The translations under genes and the position numbers were made by a program. Below are positions 13,465-25,200 of a DNA stretch of 64,000 bases, in pieces (the stretch's first letter is position 1; every line of letters starts with the position of its first letter). Under the pieces are notes generated by a model. The model saw only the letters and a list, made by a program, of their open reading frames with translations. It was not told where the DNA came from and did not search any database. The stretch lies in the NCBI RefSeq assembly GCF_964204645.1, contig NC_134036.1, positions 1,674,001 to 1,738,000 on the forward strand. The letters are read 5' to 3'. The DNA is from Tubulanus polymorphus. Lineage: Eukaryota > Animalia > Nemertea.

Positions 13465-16400
13465 ATGCCTTCAAATACAGAACAGGTTAAACGACTGAAG
13501 ACGTTCGGATTCGGTTTGAGCGCTTTGAGAAAAAAGTGGGAGGTACGTGCTCTTAGACAAAATAGACCGGTGCGTATTCTAATACGATAATCTGTAGATT
13601 ATAGCCGCTTATGGATTAGGAGGTACTAACCCTGGTTTTAGAATGCAGTGTGAGTGCGTGGATTATCTTAGTCTCCGGTATAGAGTTTGTATTGTATTAA
13701 CACGCTTTAAGTCGTCATTTGGATCGGTCGTCAAATTACCGAAATCATCTCTAGTTTCGATAGTACCTATTTATATTTCTAATTCAATTCACTTGAAGTC
13801 TAAGTTTTCGAAGTCATTTTAGGCTAAAATGAAATGATACCTTGTTTCTCCTAATCGGCCGAGGTCACTTTTATAAACTGCAATAACATTTGTAATCAGT
13901 TCACGAGAAACAAGGTGTCAGGTTTTTTTGCCTTATTTTTCAATTTCACTTAGTATTATGTCCACTTTGAATAGGTTTACGACGTGGTCCCAAATGCGAC
14001 TTAAAGCGAGTTTTCCTGTCTTCCCTCTAGACTATCGAAGTTGACAGATTTGGTTCCATGTTGTTGTGACTCAAAAACTTCGCCAATGAATTTATTTAAT
14101 TTCCCAGTTCGCCGTTTGCCCAATTTTCGGTTTAGACTTTCTTACCAATAGATTTGAGAAATTTTGACTTTTAACCAAATGTCACGTTTCAGTTTTTCGA
14201 ACTGATTTCTCGCTCGAAATTCTCAAAATCATTTTGGAGAGGAGTTTAGAGTCGAGTTGCACCTCATGCAACAACCTGTGGAGCCAATTCCAGTTAGCCA
14301 ACCTACAGTTTACGCACCGTTCTGATTTTCATATTTTCTTGCATTTTTTCCTATCTCATCTTTTTTACGACTAATATGTAATATAGCTATTGCATGACCA
14401 CCACTCCCACACCTTCGAGAAGAAAGCAATGTAATATTTCTCAAAGACATTACAGGTGAAATAGAGTAGTTTGACATTTCGGGCTTCCTATTTCTTGACA
14501 CTTGATATAATTCGGCGCACAAGATTAAAGTCTATAAATATGTTCTGATTTGACATTAATGTCTCCACTAGCCCTGATTTCAACAATAGTTGATGTTAAT
14601 AAGAATTTTTTTTTCTAGGGTAAAATGATACCTTGTTTCTCCTAATCGACCGGGTCATTTTGGCAAACTGCAATAAAATTTGTAATCAGTTCATTCTGTT
14701 ATTGTTAGCTTGATCATGAGTTTAAAAAAAAAGTAATAATGTACGTCCGGAGGCGGCCAGGTTGGTCCAGCAGAAATGAGAGAAACCAGGTACCCTTTTT
14801 TCTAGCCTAAGAATTTGTTTTCAAATTCTTTCTGCATTCACCTGTCAAATGAATAAATATATCATTTGCAAGCAACGAAAGTAAAAATCTGTTGACATTG
14901 CTAAAGACATCGAGGTCTCGATCGCGAATGAATAAAGACTGTTTGATTTAGATTTGTCTAGGGTACACGATAGCTTGACATTGCATTCGATCACAAATTC
15001 GATTGTTATTCTTTCCGATTAGACTTTCAATAATAAGTTACAATTATGAAACCAACAGGTATCAAAGAAATATTTATTTAGATCCAATATTTCAAGTATA
15101 TATTCAGCCCAGACGATCATATTTTCTATTTTTGTCCCAGCTCTGAAAACAAGCTCCATTCAGTGTAGTGTACATTGTTTGCAGACTATGTTCGGTTGCA
15201 TAACAGCTTGTGTTCCCACAATACCTGTCTCCGTGCTTCAATAATCGATTTAAAAAACGCTTTTGATTTCGTCCGTTATGTACTACTGCTTGAAAGCTTT
15301 TATTGGAAGATTAAGGGTAGGACAATTATTCGTGGTTTCTCCTAATCGGCCGGGTCATTTTTGTAAACTGCAATGAAATTTGTAATCATATCATTTTCTA
15401 TAACTGCTGGGTCTGTTATGGTTAGCTTGATCATGATTTCAGAATAGGGTAGACAGGCGGCCGGTCGGGTCAGCTTTAAGGCCCAGCAGAAATTTGAGAA
15501 ACAAGGTATCAATTTTTGTAGCCTAAAATGCGAACCTTTGTAGATAGATCTTTATTGAAAGGAGGGGTATAGACCGCAGAATTTGGTAAATTAACTATTT
15601 CAGTTAAGCTCAGCAGAAATGAGAAACAAGGTATGAATTTTTTAGCCTAATCACTTTCGAAATAGACTTTAGAATATTGTTTTTCGGATGGTCGTAAATC
15701 TTATTCCGGCGACACAGCACGAAGGTTGACGAATTTGATTTCGAGCCAATATATTTTCGTGCGTGCTAAACTTAGCGCTAATATCGGCGACAAAAATGTT
15801 CGGAAGCGCGATTAATTGCATTCGAATCCCGACGGTGCGTTCTCCGCGCGATTGAAATAACGTATTGTCACGCGAGACTGACAACGAGAATTGAATGATT
15901 TTAGATGGGATGTCGTGACGACACGGGAGGTAGGGGAGAAGTAGGGGAGGTATGGAGACATTTCTGAACTGGGCGCGGTTTCACGAAAAAGTTTAAGCCT
16001 AAAACGGTTTAGTTTGAATTGTTTGAACCAATGGCAATTACACCAAAAATTTGAGTTTAACTTATTTGTGAAACTGGGCCCTGGGGTCCATCCGTCATTT
16101 TGGACGCCCACTAGATCAAGCACATTTCTGTCGTGGTATGGACGGGCAGTTTCTGAGACGATATATTATGTTTTCACAGGCTATACATTCCTATATAGGG
16201 AACACATGGAAACTAGATGAATAAAGTGAATATCCACGATACAGTGAAACTAATTATATGAGCCATTTTGAAAATATAATTTATTGAACAGTTATAACAA
16301 TGCAGAGGGAAGATGGAAGCGACAAGGTTGCTAAGTGATGATTATTCAGTGGCTGCTTCTTGGTCGAGGAGTTTTTTTGGGTAGAGAAATTTAAGTTGGA

Positions 16401-17491
16401 ATTTCAGTCGTGAAATCATGCGAATTTCTAAAAATGATCGTATTTTTTCACTTGTCTATGGAAACAAAAACGGTTAAAATGTTGACGATACGGATCGCTA
16501 GGAGACGGTGCTGAAAGGGAGGTGGGGAGGGATGGTAGATAGAGACATTTCTGAATAAATTCGATTTTGTGAACGGCACGCGACCGCTAGGGAACCGATA
16601 TATAAATGTTGACGATAAGAATGTAGACGTTTAGGAGATGGCGCTGTCTTTATCGTTTACCGGGAGAAAAACGGTTAATCAAAAGTGATGTTGTCGAATG
16701 CAGACATCATAGCCGCCGGATCGATATCCTCCCATAAACCACTCAGACACAGACAGATATACCGGGGATTGTGATACTGAATGCTGCTATAATTGGTGAA
16801 ATGTCAAAGTTCAGTCCGATTCTTGTTCGACTTGATGCGGTAACATCAGCCTGTAACTTGGACCCTCCTGAGACATTCAATCACTATAAACGTTATCACC
16901 ATTCTAATTCACTCCGATTTACGATAAGTCCACATTTGGTGAATGTCTGAAATGGGAAATATTGGCAGCTGCGGATTGCTGCCATTCTTAGCGATACTAA
17001 AAAGCCAGTAGTTGATATGCAAAGCCACTGGCTGCATGATGAAGGATAGAGTGAGGACTTTCAGTTCTAACTGCAGATGACACCTGCTTCAAGCCAGGAT
17101 ACAAACCCTGTTAATGCTGTGTTTCTGTTGAAGACGAAATTCGTTTAGCACGATGCTTTCCAGAATATCCCAGCTATACATAATTAAGATCTGGATAATA
17201 CGAAACCTGTTTAAAATACTTGACTATTTCGATACTTTTGTCCACAAGATTCGAGTATCAACGAGGTTCCACTGTATTTCACAGGTTCCACTCTATCTAA
17301 GAGGTTCCACTGTACTTTGACTGCAAATTGATACCTGGTACAGGAGACTAGATATCGGATACATTGATACCTGCTCTAAGCCGGTATGATGATATTTAGG
17401 TGACTGTGTAGTCTGTATATTGATGATACCTGACGACTAGATTGTGTTTGGGTGCCTCAGTTGATGTCGAGTCAACTGAGTGTAAAATTGC

Positions 17492-17533
<42 letters not shown>

Positions 17534-18683
17534 ATGATACTGTTTTTGTTATTGCTGTTTACGCCCCAGGCTATGAACGTCTGTCAAACGAAATAAATAC
17601 CGATCTGGAGCCAGGAAAAAATAGATATCGGTTCGGCGCACTCTAAAGCAATGTGACATTCAGCAGACGCGCTCCAACCTTTAACTTTCCAATAGACACA
17701 TACATGTAAAAAAAGGAAATTTCTGAACAGATTCGTGTGGGGGATGGACTCAGAGATAAGTTTGACGAAGAAGAACACTAAGAAAATAAGAAATCCATTT
17801 TCCAATATAGAAAACTGAAGCAAGAAAAGGTTGATTCTATTTTCAGGTTCTCGCCTGACAACCGGCTAATGCTATTACTGATATCTCCATTTTTAGCCAG
17901 GGTTTATCAGTCGAGGCTGTCGGCTGATAAGCTTATCATTACGAACATAAATCTTTTTCTCCAAACGTAATAAGCGGCTCTATAAAAAAGATAAAAGACT
18001 TATCCTTAACCCGGTGCTCCGTTCTTTCCTTTATCTTATCCTTAGCCTTTTCCTACCTTTGGTACGCAGGTTGCTTTATTGTGTTTCAAGGGAGACCCAG
18101 TAACACAAAAATTGTCTTTAGAACTAAATTAGATTATTTTTTAAGTTGAGCTTTATTCGTTTTGCTGAAATATTTGATCAATATTCTTTTTGTTTTGTCT
18201 ATGAAATTGAGTTCAAGTTCAAATCGAGTTGATTTTCATTCTGTTTTTCCGTTGAGTCATTTTTACATATATTTTATTTACATTTTGCGACATTTTTTCT
18301 GTCTTTTCAGTTGATTCCGTTGGTGACGATTATAGGTGGCGCTTGCGTAGGTGTTTCGGCGTTTTGCGTGTACGCCATGACGACGAAACCGGATGTAGTG
18401 TAAGTATCCAAATCTATTCGTCATCCTCGATTCCCAGGGCCTGTTCTAATAACAACATATAATGATAGAATGCCCTAAGAATCTTTTAGGGATGTTCTTG
18501 TAAATTTACACGTAATTTGCATACAATTTGCATATTTCTGATTTCAGAACGAGGCGAGGTATTCCGCGTTTCGAAGCGCTGGACCCGGAAAAACCCGTCA
18601 AATTGGTCACGTTAAACCAACAATACCGGAGCATTCCCGAATTGGAGAAACTACGACACGAAATCGGAAGTTTCCGATCGTAG
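13465..18683 (+). CDS. C15orf48: NDUFA4/COXFA4-family cytochrome c oxidase subunit, C15orf48 (NMES1/COXFA4L3)-like, 100 aa; coding exons 13465-13542, 18311-18399, 18548-18683
   Basis: Spliced MPSNTEQVKRLKTFGFGLSALRKKWE-LIPLVTIIGGACVGVSAFCVYAMTTKPDVV-TRRGIPRFEALDPEKPVKLVTLNQQYRSIPELEKLRHEIGSFRS*. It matches recalled NMES1 motifs ELIPLV, K.DV, DP..P.KL.T.NQQ. One transmembrane helix; AATAAA at about 20112. Absent from the ORF track. Confidence 0.88.
15971..16080. mobile_element. Harbinger-like MITE, family B (copies at about 19172-19297, 22082-22211, 43231-43381, 45978-46235)
   Basis: Termini GG[G/C]CC[A/G]GTTTCAC...GTGAAACTGGGCC; shared interior AAGCCTAAAACGGTT...AAAATTTGAGTTTAAC. Confidence 0.75.
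17496..17533. repeat. (CTG)n microsatellite
   Basis: About 12 consecutive GCT units in intron 2 of the C15orf48-like gene; source of the poly-Ala ORF 17452-17646. Confidence 0.95.
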
Positions 18684-21081
18684 ATCGACGGAAATTGCCG
18701 AACGCCACCAATAGGATAGTGTATCATAGAAAGACTGAAACAAATATATTAGGAAATTTTCTCGTTTTTTTCGTTTTTCGTTATAAAGATTCGCGAGTGA
18801 AATGTTGATTGTGAGGAACTCGTCGCGCTTGTGGGGGGTAGGAGGCCCTCTACCCCCCGAGCAAACCTGCCAAAACTCCTTTTGTCTCAGACGAACGTCA
18901 TTTGTGCCAATTTCGAGACGCTTCGTCAATCGATATAAATCAGTTATTTCGCCGTTTTTCGCCGTGATTGGAACTCTAGACTAAAACGTCATTCGTCGAC
19001 TGGAACTCGCTGAAAAAGAAGTGACATCGATTTCAACGATGATCGCGTGGAGATTCGAACCTGATGGTATCCAAGATGTAGAAACTTACAGCATATAAAC
19101 TTTAGCGATAGGAACTAAACTACGTTTTTAATAGATTCGTTCGTAAAAATAACCGATTGTCAATCTAAGCGAGGGCCCAGTTTAGCGAAAAGTATAAGCC
19201 TAATACGGTTAAAGTTTGAATTGTTGTCCTCATTGAAAGTATGAAGTCACCAATGGCACCAAAATTTGAGTTTGACTTTTTTTGTGAAACTGGTTCCAGG
19301 ACCAACAAAGTCAACCTCTAACGACTATTGCAAGTTTGCTGAGTCTGTGATGTCATGATTACGTGCTGATCCCCCTTTACCGTGGGTTGATGGCTTGCCC
19401 TAAAGCTCCCTTATTCTTTTCGCGCAGCAGTGACACCAGATCTCAGCTAAAATTGGTGTTTTTTCCGATAAAATGCCGCTATTTCTTTCTTCGCTGAAGC
19501 AAATTCCGCCACGCTTTGCGTCTAAACCTGATATGTCTTCTATAATAGCCGCCTAGTCTTCAGTGTGCTGAAATCTAATGTGTTCATTTTGAGGAAACAA
19601 ATCGAATTTCCAGCGAAAACTGAAAAAATTCTTATTTATTCTAATGGATCAAGTTCTACAATTCTCGATTTGATTTCAGTCTAGAATTGTGGAACTGGGT
19701 CCTGGGGATCCAGTTCCAAACGTTTTTGTCAATTTCCAAGGATCTAATCTTAAATTCATATCAGAAAATTGACTACAGATACATTTTAGAACTGGATCCC
19801 CATAAGTTTGTTGATTCACCATTTAAAATCACACATAGCATCATCTGGTTATTAGTCATTAATTAACCTAATTGACTTACCAATTATCTAACTAGCGATT
19901 TGCATTGGTATTAATTAGTAATCTAATTATCGTAATTATTTATTAATTGTATTTACTTGAAGTGCGTTAGTCGTGTGCGGCGAGTGCGTGTGCGAGTAAT
20001 ATTTACTGAAAAAAGCAAAAAAAAAATTGTTGTGTATTTAATTCAACATCCCGTCACTGCTAAATTAGCAAATGATATATCATATTCATCAAAGTTGTAA
20101 GTATTTTCTACAATAAAATATCGTATAGGTCCATACATATACATATTCTAAAGAAAACGTGTTTGAATATTTTGTGATGGTCTCTTCTTCGTTTTGATGA
20201 CGGATTTTGTCCGAAGGATTCTGGAAACGTTGGAAGTTTGGACGATCAAGAAGAATAGTGGTGATTAGGCTAAGAAATGATGCATTGTTTCTCCTAATCG
20301 GCCGCGCGTCATTTTGTGAACTGCAATAAAATTCGTTAACAGTTTATTTCTATAACTGCCGGGTCTGTTATTGTTAGTTTGATCATGATTTTAAAAAAGA
20401 GGTTAGACACAGATATAGCTTAGCGGCTAGCCGGGTCAACTTTAAAGCCCAGCTGAAATGAGAAACAAGGTATTGATTTTTTAGATTTAGCATGGAATGC
20501 CTGATGGAGCGCACAGGTCCCAGGCGGATGATTGATGCATCGATGGAGCGATCAAAATTGGAATTGTCGGATTTGGAAAAACTCAAATTTTCAAAAGCTC
20601 TTCCAGCACGACCCTTCCCATCATGCAGTATGAATACCTCAACAATAACGCGTGTCCTAACAAGCCCTCGCCAATATCGCAGTGTATTATGGGAAGTTTC
20701 GAAGTCCTTGACGGCGGGAAATACGATTTACTGAAGATGTAGGTTACATCAGTCAGTGAGGTATTGTAAGACGGTTCTCTCTGCTTTCTTGCTTCGATGG
20801 CCATGTAACGGTTGGGGAAATGAAGCCACTCATATATATCGTCCAGTACAGTGCATTTTAACCATGTTAGTGGTCGGTGCGGAGTTGGACTATATTTCTG
20901 ACAGCCAAAGGAAACTGGACTATACGTGTATAGAGCCGGACTATATTTCTGACAGCCAGGGGAAACTTAAAATCACCGGTAAGCGCTTCTACTCCACTTC
21001 ATCAAGTTCTTTAAATTGGACACCGATTAGTTGAAGGTCATGGTAACCTGTTTAGTCAGGTAATCATACATAAACTTCTTG

Positions 21082-21226
21082 GTCCAGTTCCACAGTTCTG
21101 AGTTAAGATTTGACTTATTTGACCTGATTTAAGGGTTAACTCTATATTCTCTAGTTAAGAAATAATTGAAAATGAACTAACTTTAACTCAGAGTTAACTC
21201 TAAATCACAACTGTGGAACTAGGTCC
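21082..21226. mobile_element. Harbinger-like MITE, family C (copies at about 23586-23730, 38239-38337, 19646-19800)
   Basis: TIR GG[T/A]CCAGTTCCACAG...CTGTGGAACT[A/G]GGTCC with GAGTTAACTC interior motifs. Confidence 0.75.
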
Positions 21227-22259
21227 TTAAGAGTAGAACCTCGGATATGACGATTTACCGGCTAAATTTCAAACCTAGAATTTAGACATAGATAGGACGA
21301 TTTTCATACTGGATATATCATAATGAACGGATACTTGGGATCGAAGTTCTGGGAGATTGTAGGTAACGAGGACCTGCTGTAAATAGTCTTTAGGTTTAGT
21401 AGTCATGCTGTGTGCGGGGTAATCTGCTTAGTGTAATTGTGATTCTCAGTCCAGATGAGATATCGTTAGGTCACGGCATAAACTAGATATATCATCGTTA
21501 GGTCACCACCAGGCCCCCACCTGACTACCTGACTCTAATGGGGCGTGATGTAGCTGTAATGAAGTTTCCCATTAGACATTAAAAGATTATATCAAAAAGT
21601 CATCCTAGGTAAACTCCTTAACGTCTTTAAACACAGCGCAGGTTTAGAAGGCTAAGGGAATACTCTTGAACCGCTAAACCAACATCACATCACTGGTGGA
21701 TCATCAGTGCATCGCTTGCCTTGTTCCACTTTGGGATTTAATTCTTCGATTACAAATGTATTCAATCGTTTGGCTGACTAGTCATCAATGTCCAGGAAAG
21801 GACGATCTCTGATACATCTTAATACGTCACAAAATACAAGGAAAGATGAAGATATTTTTTACAGAATACTATTAATAGCTAATTTGATAATATCAGACAT
21901 AACACTAGTGTTTCAATAATAATAATATTTGCATCATTCGCTATCACAGAATTTGAAGTAAGAAGACTTTGAAAAGTCAGGACGATTTTTTTAAACATTG
22001 CATTGTTAGAATTTCGAGCGTACACACCGTAAGATCAACAATTGCCATTAGAACAGGGTTTAAATCTCAATATTTGTAACTGGGTCCAGTTTCAGGGAAA
22101 AGTTTAACCCAAATTTTTCCTTTAATCACTATTGGTTACTTCATCTTTTCGATGGGACCAACAATATAAACTTAACCGTTTTCGGACTAATATTTCTCAT
22201 GAAACTGGGCCTTCAGATATCAGTAAATCTCATCGGAAAACTAGAAAATTCAAATCGTA

Positions 22260-25200
22260 TCATTTTTTCGTCTGTTTCGTTTGATAGTTCGTTCCGAACC
22301 AATCGTCGATGGTTCCCATGGCGATGAATAACTGTAACGAAACGACCGTGTTCTTCGCCGTCGATCGATCCTGCGAAATACAGAGAATATTTATATAATA
22401 ATAATAATAATAATCGGGTAGTGAAATTATATAATTTACATCTGCTCATTGTTCCGATAATAACTAACAATGTGGGGAAAAACGATAGAAATCCCACGAT
22501 AATTAAGCCAAAAATCTCAATATCTGGAACTGTCATTTTTGGCTTGATTTATGATTGTGGCTCGCGTTTATTCATCAAACCTCCTGTTTTTTTCAAGGCA
22601 GGTGAGATCGAAAATAAATCTACTCGATCCAAACAATCAGATAAATGGGAGGGACAATTTCCCCGAGTAATAGATTTGAAAAAAAAATATTGGGATAACT
22701 ATTTCACCTGAATGAAGTACCCAATCTACAGTAACTTCTTTATTTTCTAACAGTATGAAGTGGGAAAAATATCTCTTTGAATATATATCACAAAAAAAAA
22801 TATAATTTCATTATCAATTTAACATTTATCTCCCGTACAATCACACTTACACAGTCAATCAATAAGTTGATATACCCTTTACTATCTCGGTAATGTATTC
22901 CGCGTTTGTCTCCTTCGAATTCAAAATCGATATTCTGAGCAGACTGTCTGATCGATACGGGTGAGCTTTGAGAAGATGAGAAAAAAAGGAAAAATATAAA
23001 TATGTTTGTTTAGGCTAAAACAATTGATAACTTGTTTCTCTCGTTTATGCTGAGCTTAAAAGTTGACCCAATCGGTCGCCTGTCTACCCTGTACATTACT
23101 TGCTTTGGAGATCAAGCTAACAATAACAGACCCGGCAGTTATAGAAATGAACTGATTACAAATTCTATTGCAGTTTACAAAAATGACCCAGCTGATTAGG
23201 AGAATCAAGGTATCATTCTATTCCAACCTTATTCTTGGCTTCGGTACCTTTCTTTAAAATCATGGTCAAGCTAACAATAATAGACCCGACAGTTATAGAA
23301 ATGATTACAAATTTTATTATATTTGACAAAAGTGATCCAGCCGATTAGGGGAACACAAGGTATCATTTTTAAGCCTTAGTTTAAACAAGCACAGAAAAGA
23401 CTGTCACGTTTTTAACAAATTGATGGATGACGGATTCGACCGGTAGGAAAAGTCTGATCGTAGAAAATATCAAGTCATTAGTGGACGTGACGTTGAATTA
23501 GATTTGAAAGTTAACCACAAGATTCTGAGAATTTCTGAGAATTAGAAAGTTTACCAAACAGTTCTATATCACTGATATCACTTCTGGACCCAGTACTACA
23601 GTTGTGAGTTAACTCTTGAGTTGAAATTAGTTCATTTTCGATGAGTTAAGTCTGAGTTAAATCCTAAACTCAGAAATCCTAAACTGAGATTCAAACTCAG
23701 AATCCTAACTCAGAACTGTGGAACTAGGTCCTGAAGTCATCAGTACATCGAAGTGGAGAAGTAGATGCTTAAAGGATGTCGAAGGCGTTGGCTTCTAATA
23801 TGATCTTTAAGGTTTTCAAAAAGGTCCACTGCTTTAGAGGAGGGCTGTGATACAGCGAATGTCATTAATCGCACCATGCAATTTGGAAAGCAAGCACCTC
23901 AAAATGATTCCTGAGATTGTCGACTCTAAAGTTACGAAGGAAAAATCGATGGACATCTTGTTCTTCCTCGTTTCGCATGAAGAGTGGGCGCATCCTAGAA
24001 AGTGACTGTCCGTGCTGCCATCTTTCTAATGTGTAAACAGCTCTACAGAGAGAAATGGGAGAGGGATTGGTCGTCGCTCACCTGATTGTCCAAATTGGGA
24101 GCTCGTGTTTGTCCAACACCGTCACATCCATAATACACATATCCTGGAATAGATTAAAAAAAAGAAGATGGATTTCAGTGAAGAGACACGAGGCACCAGG
24201 GGCCGGTTCCATAGTCGAGACTTAAGACCAAAAGTGGTCTTAAATCTTAAGACTGGTCCTAAGTTGTTTGATTTGCTATAGAACTATGTTGTTCTTAGAC
24301 CTGCCTTAAGTCTAAGCCATAACTATGGAACTAGCACCAGGACAAGCATTGGGCAGCATGCGACGAGGTTGGCAGCAGAAGTGAAGAGTCTTGAGACGAT
24401 AGAGAAGAATTTGAAGAAAAGCTAAGCTGCAGTCATCAAGCTGCATAAATTGGGAACTTGGAAGCTGTTGGAACCGTTGTCTTTATTTAGAAAGCAGAAC
24501 GACTCTTTATATACACACAGGGACACTAGGTCTACACATGGACGACGTCCATGGTCTACATACATTACCTGCATGATGCCTTTAAAAAGATCGGTCTTCC
24601 ATGGAAAATTCAGTTTCTTCGACAAGACTTGATGATAGACGTTGTCCATCGCATCAATAGGCGATAGGCACACGTGATCACCTGGAGAAAATAAACAGAA
24701 TCAAAATCATCCGGGACATTTTGCACGCATCGCGTGGAATTCCCTACAACAGCCGATCCCTCCATGGCACTGATTCTCCTCTCATATCCCATCAAGATCT
24801 AACTGTCACCTTTCCACCTTTATGACGGAATAGTTTTATGGTTAGGTTACGTACGGAGCCATTAAAGGGACATCTATGTAAACTGCAGTCACCCCAAGAC
24901 TCTAAGCAAATTAATAATCCTTTGCTACCATAGCAAGTATTATCTAAGGAACCACCTATTGTCATAGCTGTTTGGTGGTTGCCAAAATATCTGATATCGT
25001 CAGCCCCAGCTGAAAACATTTCTGTACAAGTCATCACATGTTTCTGGAGAATGCCTTTGATGGTAGTTCTACTATTAAGGAAGGCCCTAATACAAATTCA
25101 TATTGCTTTCAAGATTATCCAAGGAACCAACTATATTGACCTAGCTGTTCGGTGGTTGCCAAATCTCAGATATATCGTTTTTTACAGACCTGACATATTC

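Noticed and set aside
19973-19995. GTGTGCGG, the first 8 nt of vertebrate miR-147b, in the C15orf48-like 3'UTR
   Set aside because: No complementary arm or hairpin nearby, and the rest of the sequence does not match.
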